64,000 nt of DNA from Spirochaetia bacterium (GCA_963662795.1 OY759746.1:2368001-2432000); one strand, 5' to 3'; counted from the stretch's first letter, positions 22,581 through 34,289 are shown. Program-made: numbers and translations. The notes: generated by a model not told the origin, from the sequence alone.

Positions 22581-23765
22581 ATGGCTAAAGAAAAGTTCGA
22601 AAGGTCTAAACCTCATATCAATGTTGGTACAATTGGACATGTAGACCACGGTAAAACAACACTTACTGCTGCCATATCAATGTATTGTTCAGCAAAAAAT
22701 GGCGGAAAGATCATGAATTATGATGATATTGATAATGCACCGGAAGAAAAAGCGCGTGGTATTACAATTAACACAAGGCACATTGAATATTCATCTGACA
22801 AAAGACATTATGCACATGTAGACTGTCCGGGACATGCTGACTATATAAAAAATATGATTACGGGCGCAGCCCAGATGGATGGAGCAGTAATCCTTGTTGC
22901 TGCAGATTCAGGGCCGGAACCGCAGACCAGAGAGCACATACTTCTTGCGAGGCAGGTAGGTGTTCCCAAGCTGATTGTATTTCTTAACAAGATGGATCTT
23001 GCCGATCCTGAGCTTGTGGAACTTGTTGAGGTGGAGGTTCAGGAGCTTCTTGAGTATTACGGGTTTGATCCTAATTGTCCTATTATAAAAGGTTCTGCAT
23101 TTCAGGCTATGACCAATCCTACAGATCCTGAAGCTACAAAATGTGTTCAGGAACTGCTTGATGCGATGGACAGTTATTTCCCGATACCTGAAAGAGCTGT
23201 AGATAAACCTTACCTTATGCCGGTCGAGGATGTATTCTCAATCCAGGGCAGGGGTACGGTTGTTACAGGAAGAATTGAAAGAGGTGTTGTAAAAGTCGGC
23301 GATGAAATTGAAATAGTAGGTATCAAGGATACCAAAAAAACAGTTTGTACCGGTGTTGAGATGTTCAACAAGATTCTTGACCAGGGAGAGGCGGGTGACA
23401 ATATCGGTGCTCTTCTTAGAGGAATTGACAAGAAAGAAGTTGAAAGAGGTCAGGTTCTTGCTAAACCGGGAACAATTAAACCTCATAATAAATTCAAAGG
23501 CACAATTTATTGTCTTACAAAGGAAGAAGGCGGAAGACACAATCCGTTCTTTACAGGATACAGACCGCAGTTTTATTTCAGAACAACTGATATTACAGGT
23601 TCGGTAACTCTTCCTGCAGACAAGCAGATGGTAATGCCTGGAGATAATACAGAGCTCGATGTTGAACTTATCTATCCTATAGCTATGGATAAAGGTTTGA
23701 GATTTGCAATCAGGGAAGGGGGCAGAACAGTTGCTTCCGGCCAGGTTATAGATGTTGCTGAGTAA
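22581..23765 (+). CDS. tuf: Elongation factor Tu
   Basis: [27 protein letters not shown]. Confidence 0.99.
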   Translation: MAKEKFERSKPHINVGTIGHVDHGKTTLTAAISMYCSAKNGGKIMNYDDIDNAPEEKARGITINTRHIEYSSDKRHYAHVDCPGHADYIKNMITGAAQMDGAVILVAADSGPEPQTREHILLARQVGVPKLIVFLNKMDLADPELVELVEVEVQELLEYYGFDPNCPIIKGSAFQAMTNPTDPEATKCVQELLDAMDSYFPIPERAVDKPYLMPVEDVFSIQGRGTVVTGRIERGVVKVGDEIEIVGIKDTKKTVCTGVEMFNKILDQGEAGDNIGALLRGIDKKEVERGQVLAKPGTIKPHNKFKGTIYCLTKEEGGRHNPFFTGYRPQFYFRTTDITGSVTLPADKQMVMPGDNTELDVELIYPIAMDKGLRFAIREGGRTVASGQVIDVAE

Positions 23766-23771
23766 TGGATA

Positions 23772-23801
23772 TGCCCTCTGCCAGGCGGGGGGCAATTTTT
23801 T
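23772..23801 (+). terminator. Intrinsic terminator/attenuator-like hairpin between tuf and rpsJ
   Basis: TGCCCTCTGC-CAG-GCGGGGGGCA followed by ATTTTTT. Confidence 0.65.
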
Positions 23802-23812
23802 CAGGAGGAGAA

Positions 23813-24121
23813 ATGGCTGAGGAACGCATCAGAGTGAGGCTTAGGGGTTTTGATATTGAATTGATTGATCAGAGTGCAAAATCGATAGTTCAGACTGTTG
23901 TGAAAGCCGGATCAAAGGTTGCAGGTCCTATACCGCTGCCTACGAAGATCAGCAAATATACAGTTCTTAAGTCGCCGTTTGTTAATAAAAAGTCAAGAGA
24001 ACAGTTTGAGATGAGAACACACAAGCGGTTGATTGATATACTTGAACCGACACCAGCAGTAATGGATGCTTTAATGAAACTTGAGCTTCCTGCCGGTGTT
24101 GATGTTGAAATAAAACAGTAA
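23813..24121 (+). CDS. rpsJ: 30S ribosomal protein S10
   Basis: [19 protein letters not shown]; start moved to ATG 23813 after AGGAGG. Confidence 0.99.
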   Translation: MAEERIRVRLRGFDIELIDQSAKSIVQTVVKAGSKVAGPIPLPTKISKYTVLKSPFVNKKSREQFEMRTHKRLIDILEPTPAVMDALMKLELPAGVDVEIKQ

Positions 24122-24137
24122 GGTTTTGGGGTAAAAG

Positions 24138-24755
24138 ATGGTTGCGGTGATAGCTGAGAAAATAGGCATGACTCAGGTTTTTGATGAGAAAGGTGTGCTT
24201 ACACCTGTTACAGTTATTAAGATAGATGAGAATCTTGTGGTAGAGCAGAGAACAGCCGAAAAAAACGGCTACAACTCAGTAGTCCTTGGTTATGGTGATG
24301 TTAAAAAGAGCAGGATGCTTAAACCTGTTCTCGGACAATTCGGCGGAGACAAGGAACCCAAAAAATATCTTAAGGAAATGAGAGATTTTGAACTTGAATG
24401 CAAGGCCGGTGACAAAATTGGAATTGAAATATTCAATGATATTGACTCTGTTGATGTGATTGCTGTTTCAAAAGGTAAAGGTTTTCAGGGTGTAATGAAG
24501 CGTCATAATTTTGGCGGCGGCAGAGTAACTCACGGTTCAAAATTTCACAGGGAAGGCGGATCAACCGGACAGGCGTCATATCCTTCAAGAACGTTCAAGA
24601 ACGTTAAAATGGCTGGCCGGATGGGTGCTGACAGGGTTACGGTTCAAAACCTGAAAGTTGTAAAAGTAGATACTGAGAACAAGGTTTTATTGGTGGCGGG
24701 TTCAGTTCCCGGTGTTAATAAAGGCATTCTTACAGTACGTAAATCAATAAAATAG
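24138..24755 (+). CDS. rplC: 50S ribosomal protein L3
   Basis: [20 protein letters not shown]. Confidence 0.99.
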   Translation: MVAVIAEKIGMTQVFDEKGVLTPVTVIKIDENLVVEQRTAEKNGYNSVVLGYGDVKKSRMLKPVLGQFGGDKEPKKYLKEMRDFELECKAGDKIGIEIFNDIDSVDVIAVSKGKGFQGVMKRHNFGGGRVTHGSKFHREGGSTGQASYPSRTFKNVKMAGRMGADRVTVQNLKVVKVDTENKVLLVAGSVPGVNKGILTVRKSIK

Positions 24756-24768
24756 GCAGAGGAAACAA

Positions 24769-25407
24769 ATGGAAGCTAAGGTCTTTTCGATAAAAGGCGA
24801 AGAGATAAAAACAGTAGAACTTAAAGACTCCGTTTTTAATTGTGATATCAGTGAAGGTACAATATATTACGCGATTAATAATGAGCTGGCTAACATGAGA
24901 GTTGGCACTGCCTGTACAAAAGGCAGAAGCGAAGTCAGAGGAAGCGGTGCCAAACCGTGGAGTCAGAAAGGTACTGGACGGGCGAGATCAGGACATAAGA
25001 GAAGTCCTGTATGGGTAGGCGGCGGTGTAGTTTTTGGTCCCAAGCCAAAAGACTATGGTTTTAAGATGCCGAAAAACATGAAAAAACTTGCTTTGAAATC
25101 AATTTTAAGCCTTAAAAACAAAAATAACAATTTGAAAATTGTTGAAGATTTCACAATTGAAAGCGGTAAAACTTCCGATATAACTTCAATACTTGCCAAT
25201 CTTGTAAAACCGGAAAGGACTGTAATAGTTCTGAAGGATGATGACAGCATGATTAAAAGGGCAGGAAGAAATATCCCGTGGGTTTCTTTTCTTTCATACA
25301 ACAGACTCAGGGCTCATGATCTGTTTTACGGGAAAAACATTCTGCTTCTGGAATCAGCTGCTGAAAAGCTCAATGATTTCTACGGTGAAAAGCAAGAGGT
25401 AGTATGA
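24769..25407 (+). CDS. rplD: 50S ribosomal protein L4
   Basis: QKGTGRAR, GGGVVFGPKP. Confidence 0.99.
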   Translation: MEAKVFSIKGEEIKTVELKDSVFNCDISEGTIYYAINNELANMRVGTACTKGRSEVRGSGAKPWSQKGTGRARSGHKRSPVWVGGGVVFGPKPKDYGFKMPKNMKKLALKSILSLKNKNNNLKIVEDFTIESGKTSDITSILANLVKPERTVIVLKDDDSMIKRAGRNIPWVSFLSYNRLRAHDLFYGKNILLLESAAEKLNDFYGEKQEVV

Positions 25408-25709
25408 TGGATATAGAAAGAGTTTTAATAGAGCCGGTTGTAACAGAAAAAACAAACGGAATGCGGGAAGAGAAAAACATTAAATATGTTTTCAGGGTTT
25501 TACCCTCCGCAAATAAATTCCAGGTAATGGATGCAGTCAGAAAAATATTTGATGTAAAACCTGTTTCCTGCAACATTGCATGGGTTAAAAGCAAGACAAA
25601 AACTACCAGGACTAAGTCCGGTAACCGGGAAGGACAGAAGGCTGCCTGGAAAAAAGCAGTTGTAACATTATCACCGGGTGAAAAAATTAATATTTTTGAA
25701 GGTGTTTGA
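25407..25709 (+). CDS. rplW: 50S ribosomal protein L23
   Basis: PVVTEK, WKKAVVTL (alternative ATG 25404). Confidence 0.97.
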   Translation: MDIERVLIEPVVTEKTNGMREEKNIKYVFRVLPSANKFQVMDAVRKIFDVKPVSCNIAWVKSKTKTTRTKSGNREGQKAAWKKAVVTLSPGEKINIFEGV

Positions 25710-25726
25710 GGATAGGGGGCTGATAG

Positions 25727-26551
25727 GTGGGCATTAAAAAGTATAAACCCAACACGCCGGGTTTGCGAATGAAAACAACACTTGATAAAAAAGACATTAC
25801 CTGTGACAGGCCTGAAAAAAGTCTTACAGAGGGTTTTGGATTTAAGGCCGGCAGAGGCGCCGGCGGCAGAATAAGTGTTAGAAGAAAAGGCGGAGGACAT
25901 AAGCAAAAGTACCGGCTTATTGATTTTAAAAGAGATAAGTCAGGTGTGCCCGGAAAAGTAGCGCAGATTGAGTACGATCCCAACAGGAGTGCCAATATCG
26001 CGCTGATAAATTATGTCGATGGAGAGAAAAGATACATACTTGCTCCAAAAGGTTTGCTTGTTGGAGAATTCGTTCAAAGCGGAGAAGGCGCTCCCCTGAA
26101 GTCGGGAAATTCGCTTCCTCTTGAATATATACCGCTTGGAATTGAAGTACATAATCTGGAGCTTCAGCTTGGAAGGGGCGGTCAGCTTGTAAGATCTGCA
26201 GGGACCAGCGCTGTTGTAGTTGCCAAAGAGGGTGACTATGTTACGGTAAGGCTTCCTTCCGGTGAGATGCGGATGGTTTTTAATAAATGCTGTGCAACAA
26301 TAGGCATAGTGGGTAATGAAGACCACATGAACGTTTCAATAGGAAAGGCAGGCAGAACCAGATGGCTTGGTAAAAGACCCAAGGTTAGAGGTGTTGTAAT
26401 GAATCCTCATGATCATCCTCATGGAGGCGGTGAAGGAAGAACTTCCGGTGGAAGACATCCTGTAACGCCATGGGGTAAGCCGACTAAAGGGTTTAAAACA
26501 AGAAACAAGAGAAAGCTATCCAGTAAATTTATAGTAAAAAGACGAAAGTAG
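25727..26551 (+). CDS. rplB: 50S ribosomal protein L2
   Basis: [17 protein letters not shown]; GTG start. Confidence 0.99.
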   Translation: MGIKKYKPNTPGLRMKTTLDKKDITCDRPEKSLTEGFGFKAGRGAGGRISVRRKGGGHKQKYRLIDFKRDKSGVPGKVAQIEYDPNRSANIALINYVDGEKRYILAPKGLLVGEFVQSGEGAPLKSGNSLPLEYIPLGIEVHNLELQLGRGGQLVRSAGTSAVVVAKEGDYVTVRLPSGEMRMVFNKCCATIGIVGNEDHMNVSIGKAGRTRWLGKRPKVRGVVMNPHDHPHGGGEGRTSGGRHPVTPWGKPTKGFKTRNKRKLSSKFIVKRRK

Positions 26552-26560
26552 GAGATAGTT

Positions 26561-26839
26561 GTGTCTAGATCGATAAAAAAAGGACCGTTCATAGAAAAGA
26601 AACTCTATAAAAGAGTAGTTGAAATGGGGAAATCTGCAGAGAGAAAGATGATTAAATCTTATTCCAGATGTTCCACCGTCATACCTGAGATGGTTGGGTT
26701 TACTATTTCTGTATACAACGGAAAAACATGGGTACCTGTATATGTTACAGAGAACCTTGTTGGGCATAAATTAGGCGAATTTGCACCTACAAGATTTTAC
26801 AGAGGCCATTCAAGCTCTGATAAAAAAGCCAAGAAATAG
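26561..26839 (+). CDS. rpsS: 30S ribosomal protein S19
   Basis: [19 protein letters not shown]; GTG start. Confidence 0.99.
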   Translation: MSRSIKKGPFIEKKLYKRVVEMGKSAERKMIKSYSRCSTVIPEMVGFTISVYNGKTWVPVYVTENLVGHKLGEFAPTRFYRGHSSSDKKAKK

Positions 26840-26865
26840 GAATATAAGGAGATAGGTGTTTGATT

Positions 26866-27228
26866 ATGGAAGCTAAGAAAGGATATAAAGCTGTAGCCAG
26901 GTATCTGATGATTTCACCCAGAAAAGTCAGACCTGTTGCAGATTTGGTAAGAAGAAGTCCGTATCCTCAGGCTTTGGCACTGCTTGATGCCATACCTAAC
27001 AAGGGCGCGAGAATTCTTAAAAAAGTTATTCAATCAGCTGCAGCAAATGCGCTTTTTCAAAACAAAAAACTTGATGAAGAAATGCTTTATATAAAAGAAC
27101 TTCAGGTAAGCGACGGTCCCCGCCTCAAGAGGCTATGGGCAAGAGCAAGAGGAAAAAGAGACATTCTTTTGAAAAGGATGAGTCATATATCTGTTGTTGT
27201 AGATGAAATAGCAGAGATGGGGGAATAA
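26866..27228 (+). CDS. rplV: 50S ribosomal protein L22
   Basis: ISPRKVR, SAAANA, GPRLKR; ATG 26866 preferred. Confidence 0.98.
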   Translation: MEAKKGYKAVARYLMISPRKVRPVADLVRRSPYPQALALLDAIPNKGARILKKVIQSAAANALFQNKKLDEEMLYIKELQVSDGPRLKRLWARARGKRDILLKRMSHISVVVDEIAEMGE

Positions 27229-27232
27229 GAAG

Positions 27233-27928
27233 TTGGGACAGAAAGTTAATCCGATAGGTTTAAGGCTTGGAATCAATAAAACATGGAAGTCAAAATGGTA
27301 TGTGGATCCCAGAGAATACGCAAATACACTTCATGAAGATCTTCGCCTTAGAAAAGTTTTAAAGAATTGTCCTGAAACAAAGGGCGCTGAAATTGCGAAT
27401 GTTGAAATTGTCAGGCAGCCGCAGCGTATTACTGTAGTAATAGAAAGCTCACGGCCAGGAATACTGATCGGGACAAAAGGCGCTACAATTGAAAAAATCG
27501 GTGAAAGACTGCAGAAAGAAGCTGGAAAGAAAATACAGCTTAAAATCAAGGAACTTAAGAAACCTGAAATAAACGCGCAGATAATATCAGAGAATATTGC
27601 AAAGCAGCTTAAATCCAAAGGTTCGTTCAGGAAAGTTCTGAAAACAGCAGTAAATAATGCGATGAGAGGCGGTGCTCAGGGAATAAAAATCAGGATCGCA
27701 GGCAGGCTTGCCGGCGCTGAGATGGCAAGAGTGCAGCAGTATAAAGAAGGACGTGTACCTCTTCATACATTCAGGGCAAATATTGATTACGGTTTTTCTG
27801 AGGCATTTACAACATTCGGAGCAATTGGTGTTAAAGTTTGGGTCTTTCATGGAGAAGTTTATAAACGTGATATGAAAGATGATGCTGGTGTATTGGTTAA
27901 AAAAAGAAAGAAAACCGGTATTAATTAA
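27233..27928 (+). CDS. rpsC: 30S ribosomal protein S3
   Basis: [20 protein letters not shown]; TTG start. Confidence 0.99.
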   Translation: MGQKVNPIGLRLGINKTWKSKWYVDPREYANTLHEDLRLRKVLKNCPETKGAEIANVEIVRQPQRITVVIESSRPGILIGTKGATIEKIGERLQKEAGKKIQLKIKELKKPEINAQIISENIAKQLKSKGSFRKVLKTAVNNAMRGGAQGIKIRIAGRLAGAEMARVQQYKEGRVPLHTFRANIDYGFSEAFTTFGAIGVKVWVFHGEVYKRDMKDDAGVLVKKRKKTGIN

Positions 27929-27942
27929 GGAGTGATGTTGAG

Positions 27943-28365
27943 ATGCTTAGTCCAAAGAGAACGAAATTCAGAAAAAAGATGCGCAGCATCAAATCTCTTT
28001 TTGTTGCAGCCTCAAGAAAAAATACAATTGCATTCGGGGACTTCGGCCTTGTGGCAATTGAACCAAAATGGATAACAAACAGGCAGATTGAGGCCGCGAG
28101 AATTGCCATGACCAGAAAAATCAAAAGAGGCGGAAAGGTCTGGATCAGGATTTTCCCTGACATGCCTTTTACAAAAAAGCCTGCTGAAACAAGAATGGGA
28201 AAAGGTAAAGGTAATCCGGAATACTGGGTAGCTGTTGTAAAGTCTGGAACTGTTATGTTTGAAATGGCAGGGGTTACCAGGGAGCTTGCAGTAGAAGCAA
28301 TGGAACTTGCCGGCAGCAAACTGCCTATAAAAACAAGATTTGTTGCAAGAAGAGAGCTGGAGTAG
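27943..28365 (+). CDS. rplP: 50S ribosomal protein L16
   Basis: RQIEAAR, RMGKGKG, KLPIKT. Confidence 0.98.
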   Translation: MLSPKRTKFRKKMRSIKSLFVAASRKNTIAFGDFGLVAIEPKWITNRQIEAARIAMTRKIKRGGKVWIRIFPDMPFTKKPAETRMGKGKGNPEYWVAVVKSGTVMFEMAGVTRELAVEAMELAGSKLPIKTRFVARRELE

Positions 28366-28368
28366 GGT

Positions 28369-28569
28369 ATGAAGGATAATTACAGGGATTTAACGTTTGA
28401 AGAGCTTCATTCTAAACATGATGAGCTTAAAAAGAAGTATATGGATTTAAGATTTAAGGCAGTGCTGGGACATGTTGAAAATCCGCTTGAGAAAAGAACA
28501 TTAAGAAGAAATATTGCGCGGCTCAAGACATTAATTCATGAAAATGATCTTGGAATAAGAAAAGGTTAG
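28369..28569 (+). CDS. rpmC: 50S ribosomal protein L29
   Basis: LRF...RRNIARLKT; position. Confidence 0.97.
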   Translation: MKDNYRDLTFEELHSKHDELKKKYMDLRFKAVLGHVENPLEKRTLRRNIARLKTLIHENDLGIRKG

Positions 28570-28578
28570 GAGATCAAA

Positions 28579-28851
28579 GTGGAAAACACCCAGGAAAATA
28601 AGATAGTCGGAAAAAAGATATACAGCGGTATTGTTGTCAGCGATAAAATGGCCAAGACAATAGTTGTTGCTATTGAAAAAAGAAAACTTCACAGATTGTA
28701 CAAGAAATATGTAATCAGTACAAAAAAGGTCAAGGCGCATGATGAAAATAATGATGCCAAAGCCGGCGATAAAGTGAAGATAATCCAGTCAAGGCCTATT
28801 AGCAGGGAAAAATGCTGGCAGCTTCTGGAAATTGTTGAAAAAGCTAAATAA
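28579..28851 (+). CDS. rpsQ: 30S ribosomal protein S17
   Basis: [23 protein letters not shown]. Confidence 0.98.
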   Translation: MENTQENKIVGKKIYSGIVVSDKMAKTIVVAIEKRKLHRLYKKYVISTKKVKAHDENNDAKAGDKVKIIQSRPISREKCWQLLEIVEKAK

Positions 28852-28905
28852 TAATATTGATTTAGTTGGAGATGAAACTGTGAAGCTGGAAGGAGTTGAA
28901 AAGAT

Positions 28906-29274
28906 ATGATACAGATGCAGACATATCTTAATGTTGCAGACAACAGCGGTGCCAAGGTAGTGCAGTGCATTAAAGTACTTGGCGGAAGCAAAAAAAGAAG
29001 TGCAGCAATAGGTGATATAATTGTAGTTGCAGTAAAAAATGCTATTCCGAATGCGCCTGTTAAAAAAGGCGAGGTTCATAAGGCAATTATTGTCCGAACT
29101 ACAAATAAAGTTAGAAGGGCAGACGGGACATATATAAGATTCGATGACAATGCCTGTGTAATACTTGATCAGGCAATGAACCCGCGTGGAAAAAGAATAT
29201 TCGGGCCTGTCGCAAGGGAACTGAGAGATGGGAATCACATGAAGATTATATCTCTGGCTCCTGAAGTTCTTTAA
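28906..29274 (+). CDS. rplN: 50S ribosomal protein L14
   Basis: [18 protein letters not shown]. Confidence 0.99.
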   Translation: MIQMQTYLNVADNSGAKVVQCIKVLGGSKKRSAAIGDIIVVAVKNAIPNAPVKKGEVHKAIIVRTTNKVRRADGTYIRFDDNACVILDQAMNPRGKRIFGPVARELRDGNHMKIISLAPEVL

Positions 29275-29286
29275 AGGATTTTGATT

Positions 29287-29604
29287 ATGGAAAAGGTTAA
29301 GTACAAGCTTAAAAAAGATGATCTTGTAAAAATTGTTACAGGAAAAGAAAAAGGGAAGTCCGGGAAAATTGTCAGAATTGACAGGATAAAAGGCCGGGTT
29401 ATTGTTTCAGGTCTTAACATGATAAAGAAAGCCAGAAAACCCAAAAAACAGGGAGAAAAAGGCGGCATTGTAGAGATTGAAGCACCAATTGATATTTCAA
29501 ATGTCATGATTGTTTGTAAAAAATGCGGACCGACCAGGATTGGGGTAGAGATTTCCGGTGATAATAAGGTCAGAAAATGCAAAAAATGCGGGGAAGTACT
29601 GTAA
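29287..29604 (+). CDS. rplX: 50S ribosomal protein L24
   Basis: KOW motif, EAPIDISNV, two CKKC motifs. Confidence 0.98.
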   Translation: MEKVKYKLKKDDLVKIVTGKEKGKSGKIVRIDRIKGRVIVSGLNMIKKARKPKKQGEKGGIVEIEAPIDISNVMIVCKKCGPTRIGVEISGDNKVRKCKKCGEVL

Positions 29605-30152
29605 TGAGTAAGAAAGAGCCAAATCTTAAAACCAGATATAGCGAAATCAAAAAAGAATTATTTGATGAATTCGGTTATAAGTCAGTCATGCAGGTTCCCA
29701 GGCTGGAAAAAGTAATTGTAAGTGTAGGGTGCGGAGAAGCGTTGACAAATAAAAAACTTCTTGAAGCAGCACTGCAGGAGCTTTCTCTTATAACCGGACA
29801 GAAAGCCATAAAGACAAAAGCAAGAAAATCTATCGCTAATTTCAAACTTAGAGAAGGTTATGAAATAGGCGCTAAAGTAACACTGCGAAAAAATCAGATG
29901 TGGGAATTTCTTGAAAGGTTTATCAATGTTGCTCTTCCCCGTGTAAAAGACTTCAGGGGTGTTAACCCCAATGCCTTTGACGGTCATGGTAATTACTCTA
30001 TCGGTATAAAGGAACAGATCATATTTCCTGAGATAGATTATGATAAAATTGAAAGAGTTAGCGGGCTTAACATTGCGATTGTAACTTCGTCAAAAAGTGA
30101 TCAGGAAGCAAGAAGTTTGTTAAAAAAATTAGGAATGCCGTTCAGGAAATAG
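29604..30152 (+). CDS. rplE: 50S ribosomal protein L5
   Basis: [20 protein letters not shown]; start moved to ATG 29604 overlapping the rplX stop. Confidence 0.99.
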   Translation: MSKKEPNLKTRYSEIKKELFDEFGYKSVMQVPRLEKVIVSVGCGEALTNKKLLEAALQELSLITGQKAIKTKARKSIANFKLREGYEIGAKVTLRKNQMWEFLERFINVALPRVKDFRGVNPNAFDGHGNYSIGIKEQIIFPEIDYDKIERVSGLNIAIVTSSKSDQEARSLLKKLGMPFRK

Positions 30153-30163
30153 GGGTGCAATAA

Positions 30164-30349
30164 ATGGCTAAAAAATCGATGATTATCAAAGCACAAAGGA
30201 AACCCAAGTTCAAGACAAGAAGGGTAAACAGATGTAAGATCTGCGGAAGACCCAGAGGATATTTAAGGGATTTTCAGATGTGCAGAATTTGTTTTAGGGA
30301 ACTTGCAAGCCAGGGATTGATACCTGGAGTAACAAAATCGAGTTGGTAG
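30164..30349 (+). CDS. rpsN: 30S ribosomal protein S14, type Z (Zn-binding, 61 aa)
   Basis: RCKICGR...[12 protein letters not shown]. Confidence 0.98.
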   Translation: MAKKSMIIKAQRKPKFKTRRVNRCKICGRPRGYLRDFQMCRICFRELASQGLIPGVTKSSW

Positions 30350-30359
30350 GGAGAAATAA

Positions 30360-30758
30360 ATGGCAGTATCAGATCCTGTTGCAGATATGCTGACAAAAAT
30401 TAGGAATGCCAGTCGGGCAGGTTTTGACAGAGTTGATATAACTCCTTCAAAACTTAAGCTGGAAATCGTTAAAGTATTGAAAAACGAAGGTTTTATCAAG
30501 AATTTTAAAAAGATCCAGCAGGACAGCAAAAATTATATCAGATTGTTTCTTAAATATGATGAATCTGAAAAACCGATAATTCATGGTATTGAAAAAATAT
30601 CCACTCCTGGAAGGAGAATTTATTCCGGTTATAAAGAAATGCCGAGAGTGAGAAACGGATATGGAACAATAGTTGTATCAACATCTTCAGGTGTTACAAC
30701 CGGTAAAAAAGCTACTGAGAAAAAAATCGGCGGCGAACTTATTTGTTCAATTTGGTAA
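30360..30758 (+). CDS. rpsH: 30S ribosomal protein S8
   Basis: [23 protein letters not shown]. Confidence 0.99.
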   Translation: MAVSDPVADMLTKIRNASRAGFDRVDITPSKLKLEIVKVLKNEGFIKNFKKIQQDSKNYIRLFLKYDESEKPIIHGIEKISTPGRRIYSGYKEMPRVRNGYGTIVVSTSSGVTTGKKATEKKIGGELICSIW

Positions 30759-30770
30759 GGGAGTAGAAAT

Positions 30771-31310
30771 ATGTCTCGTATAGGGAAAATGCCGGTAACT
30801 GTTCCGCAGGGAGTTAAAGTAACTATAGATAACTATGTAGTAACAGTTGAAGGAAAAAAAGGAAAATTATCCAGAACTTACAGGCCTGAAGTAACCATAG
30901 TTCAGGATGGAAGTTTGATAATCGTAGATAAGAAGGAAAATACGAAGCTGGCCAGATCTTATCATGGTCTTTACAGGACTCTTATAAACAATATGGTAAC
31001 GGGAGTCACTGTAGGTTTCAGCAAAACTCTTATCGTAAGCGGGGTAGGATACAGGGCAGAAATTGCAGGTAAATCGCTTTTGCTTAATCTGGGTTATTCA
31101 TCACAGTTTGAATATCCAATTCCGGAAGGACTCTCAATAACCTGTGATGGACCTACGAAAATAACTGTATCCGGAATAGACAAGGAAAGAGTTGGTCAGA
31201 CTTGCGCCGAAATCAGATCGTTAAGAAAACCGGAACCTTACAAGGGTAAAGGTATCAAGTATGATAATGAAACGGTTAGAAGAAAAGTCGGTAAATCAGG
31301 TTCTAAATAG
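30771..31310 (+). CDS. rplF: 50S ribosomal protein L6
   Basis: MSRIGK, GVGYRA, PEPYKGKG. Confidence 0.99.
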   Translation: MSRIGKMPVTVPQGVKVTIDNYVVTVEGKKGKLSRTYRPEVTIVQDGSLIIVDKKENTKLARSYHGLYRTLINNMVTGVTVGFSKTLIVSGVGYRAEIAGKSLLLNLGYSSQFEYPIPEGLSITCDGPTKITVSGIDKERVGQTCAEIRSLRKPEPYKGKGIKYDNETVRRKVGKSGSK

Positions 31311-31321
31311 GATAGGGTGAT

Positions 31322-31681
31322 ATGAAGAAATTGATAGAAATGCAGAAAAGAAGAATAAGGCGAAAAAGAAGCATCCGAGGAAAAATATCCGGAACCCCGG
31401 AAAGACCGAGACTTACTGTTTATAAAAGTAATTTATATATCTATGTTCAGGCAGTTGATGATCTTACGGGACAAACTATTGCTTCTGTATCAAATAAAGA
31501 AAAAGAGTTTGCCGATATAAAATCAAATATTGAAGGTGCTGGGAAGCTTGGGGAAGTTATTGCAAAGAGACTGAATGAAAAGAATATCAAAACAGTCGTA
31601 TTTGACAGAAATGGATATATTTTCCATGGAAAGGTTAAAGCTTTAGCTGACAGCGCCAGAAAAGCCGGCCTGTTATTTTAG
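31322..31681 (+). CDS. rplR: 50S ribosomal protein L18
   Basis: RPRL, VFDRNGY, HGKVKA. Confidence 0.98.
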   Translation: MKKLIEMQKRRIRRKRSIRGKISGTPERPRLTVYKSNLYIYVQAVDDLTGQTIASVSNKEKEFADIKSNIEGAGKLGEVIAKRLNEKNIKTVVFDRNGYIFHGKVKALADSARKAGLLF

Positions 31682-31690
31682 GGGGAAGCA

Positions 31691-32179
31691 GTGGATCAAG
31701 ATAAAGTGTTAGTTGAAAAACTTATAAAACTAAATAGGGTTGCAAAAGTTGTTAAAGGCGGTAGAAGGTTTTCCTTTTCAGCACTGGTTGTTGTCGGCGA
31801 TCAAAAAGGCACAGTTGGGTATGGTTTTGGTAAAGCCAATGACGTGTCCGAAGCTATCAGAAAAGGGATGGAAAAAGCAAAAGGGAGCATGATAAAGGTT
31901 CCTTTGAAAAACAACTCTATTCCACATGAAGTTTTAGCGGAATTCAAAAGCGCCAGAATTGTTATGAAGCCTGCAGCTCCAGGTACAGGAGTAATTGCGG
32001 GGGGTGCAGTGAGAGCTGTCATGGATGCTGTTGGAATACATGATATATTGAGTAAATCTCTGGGATCAAAAAACAGCATAAATATTGTAAAAGCGGTATT
32101 TAACGGCCTTGAGCAGATTATGGATGCTAAAAAAGTAGCAGTAGACAGAGGCAAGACAATTAAAGATATGTGGGGTTGA
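31691..32179 (+). CDS. rpsE: 30S ribosomal protein S5
   Basis: [19 protein letters not shown]. Confidence 0.99.
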   Translation: MDQDKVLVEKLIKLNRVAKVVKGGRRFSFSALVVVGDQKGTVGYGFGKANDVSEAIRKGMEKAKGSMIKVPLKNNSIPHEVLAEFKSARIVMKPAAPGTGVIAGGAVRAVMDAVGIHDILSKSLGSKNSINIVKAVFNGLEQIMDAKKVAVDRGKTIKDMWG

Positions 32180-32183
32180 TGAT

Positions 32184-32369
32184 ATGGCTGAAAAAATTAA
32201 AATAAGGCTTGTAAGAAGCACAATCGGAAGGAAACCGTATCAGAGAAAAACCGCCAAAGCCCTTGGGCTTGGAAAGATTAATTCAAGTGTAGAAAAAGAA
32301 GTTAATCCTGCCATATTGGGAATGGTCAGAGCCATAGAACATCTGGTTGAAGTTGAGGAGATAAAATAA
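32184..32369 (+). CDS. rpmD: 50S ribosomal protein L30
   Basis: LVRSTIG, ALGL, GMV. Confidence 0.97.
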   Translation: MAEKIKIRLVRSTIGRKPYQRKTAKALGLGKINSSVEKEVNPAILGMVRAIEHLVEVEEIK

Positions 32370-32371
32370 CT

Positions 32372-32836
32372 ATGGATGATATAATCTTGAATGCGCCTTT
32401 TGGCGCTAATAAAACCAGGAAGCGACTTGGCCGGGGTGTCGGCTCAGGTCTCGGAAAAACTTCGGGGAAAGGACATAAAGGGCAGAACTCAAGATCAGGT
32501 GGCGGTGTAAGACCGGGCTTTGAAGGCGGTCAGATGCCTATTTATAGAAGAGTTGCCTCAAGAGGGTTTTCCAATTACCCTTTCAAAAAAGCCAATACAG
32601 TGATTAATATTTCTAATCTGGAAACATCTTTTAAGAGCGGTGAACAGGTAGACCTTGCTTCCCTTAAAGAAAAATCTGTAATAAAGAAAAGTGATTTTCT
32701 TGTAAAACTTCTCGGTGACGGGGAGTTATCAAAAAAACTGGATGTTAAACTGCCTTTTATTTCTGCCAGCGCAAAAGAGAAAATAGAAAAAGCCGGCGGC
32801 AAGATAATTGCAGCTGAAATTCAAGAGAGCAGGTAG
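32372..32836 (+). CDS. rplO: 50S ribosomal protein L15
   Basis: GRGVGSGLGKTSG, FEGGQMP. Confidence 0.99.
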   Translation: MDDIILNAPFGANKTRKRLGRGVGSGLGKTSGKGHKGQNSRSGGGVRPGFEGGQMPIYRRVASRGFSNYPFKKANTVINISNLETSFKSGEQVDLASLKEKSVIKKSDFLVKLLGDGELSKKLDVKLPFISASAKEKIEKAGGKIIAAEIQESR

Positions 32837-32841
32837 GCAGT

Positions 32842-34164
32842 ATGGCAGGTAATCCGCTAATTGATGTATTCAGGATAAAAGATCTAAGAGAGAGGATTTT
32901 ATTTACAATAGTTGTTCTTATTGTGTTCAGAATCGGAACGATTCTGCCCATTCCGGGAATAAATATTAATGCTCTTAAACTTTATTTTTCTGCGCAGGAT
33001 AGTGCCAGCCCGCTTGGTATAACCGATTATATTGACTTTTTTACAGGAGGCGGTTTTTCCAATTTCTCTGTATTTATGCTTGGAATAATGCCTTATATAT
33101 CAATGTCAATTATTATGCAGCTTCTTCTCCTTGTTTTTCCTAAACTCAAGAAGATTTCAGAACAGGAAGGCGGCAGAAAAAAAATACAGCGGTATACCAG
33201 ATATGGAACAGTAGCTGTATGTCTTATTCAGTCGTACGCTGTTACAATTTATGCCCGTAATATTCCTGATGCCATTTCTATCAATATCATGGCATATTCT
33301 ATTATTGCAATGATAACTGTGACAACAGGAACCATTCTCCTGATGTGGCTTGGTGAACAGGTTACCCAGAGGGGAATAGGAAACGGTATATCGCTGATTA
33401 TTTTTGCCGGTATTGTGGCCAGAATGCCTAAGGCATTTTATATCCTTGTCCAGAAAATAAGAGACAGGGAGCTCAATCCGGTGTTTGTTATTATAGTCCT
33501 TGCAATGTTTGTAGGGATTATTGCACTTGTAATTTATGAACAGCAGGGACAGAGAAAAATACCGGTTCACTATGCGAAAAGAGTAGTTGGAAGGAAAATG
33601 TATGGAGCTCAAAATACATACATACCATTTAAGATTAACCCTTCTGGTGTTATTCCGGTTATTTTCGCATCATCTGTTATGGCATTCCCGCTCCAGCTCT
33701 TTGGTAACCTTGGAGTAAAATACAGATGGATGGCATCAATGTCTTACTGGTTCAGACCTTCAGGTGCGCCGTATTTAATTACATACGCGCTTCTTATAAT
33801 TTTCTTTGCATATTTTTATACCCAGGTTTCCCTGAATCCTGTTGAAATTGCGAAGCAGATTAGAGAAAATGGAGGTTCAATTCCGGGTATAAGAACCGAA
33901 AAAATTGAAGCTTATCTGTCAAGAATATTGAACAGGATTATTCTGCCTGGTTCGATGTTTCTTGCTTTTATTGCTGTTATACCAACAATCATTCAGAAAA
34001 TGTTTGGATTTCCGATTCAGGTATCAATGCTGATGGGAGGAACGTCTCTTCTGATTATGGTTGGAGTAGACCTTGATACGATGTCACAGATTGAGGGGCA
34101 CCTGAAAATGCACCATCATGACGGCATTGTCAGGAAGGGCAAAATACGATCAAGGAATCTGTAG
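32842..34164 (+). CDS. secY: Preprotein translocase subunit SecY
   Basis: [30 protein letters not shown]. Confidence 0.99.
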   Translation: MAGNPLIDVFRIKDLRERILFTIVVLIVFRIGTILPIPGININALKLYFSAQDSASPLGITDYIDFFTGGGFSNFSVFMLGIMPYISMSIIMQLLLLVFPKLKKISEQEGGRKKIQRYTRYGTVAVCLIQSYAVTIYARNIPDAISINIMAYSIIAMITVTTGTILLMWLGEQVTQRGIGNGISLIIFAGIVARMPKAFYILVQKIRDRELNPVFVIIVLAMFVGIIALVIYEQQGQRKIPVHYAKRVVGRKMYGAQNTYIPFKINPSGVIPVIFASSVMAFPLQLFGNLGVKYRWMASMSYWFRPSGAPYLITYALLIIFFAYFYTQVSLNPVEIAKQIRENGGSIPGIRTEKIEAYLSRILNRIILPGSMFLAFIAVIPTIIQKMFGFPIQVSMLMGGTSLLIMVGVDLDTMSQIEGHLKMHHHDGIVRKGKIRSRNL

Positions 34165-34175
34165 GAGAATTCATA

Positions 34176-34289
34176 ATGAAAGTACGGTCAAGTATTAAAC
34201 CTATGTGTGAAAAATGTAAAGTTATCAGAAGAAGAGGGGTATTGAGAATAATTTGTCAAAACCCTAAACATAAGCAGAGGCAAAGGTAG
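34176..34289 (+). CDS. rpmJ: 50S ribosomal protein L36 (Zn-binding form)
   Basis: [37 protein letters not shown]; AGGAG SD; below the ORF-track cutoff. Confidence 0.97.
   Translation: MKVRSSIKPMCEKCKVIRRRGVLRIICQNPKHKQRQR

Noticed and set aside
34164-34176. Absence of adk, map and infA between secY and rpmJ
   Set aside because: Normal arrangement in Borrelia/Treponema-type spirochaetes
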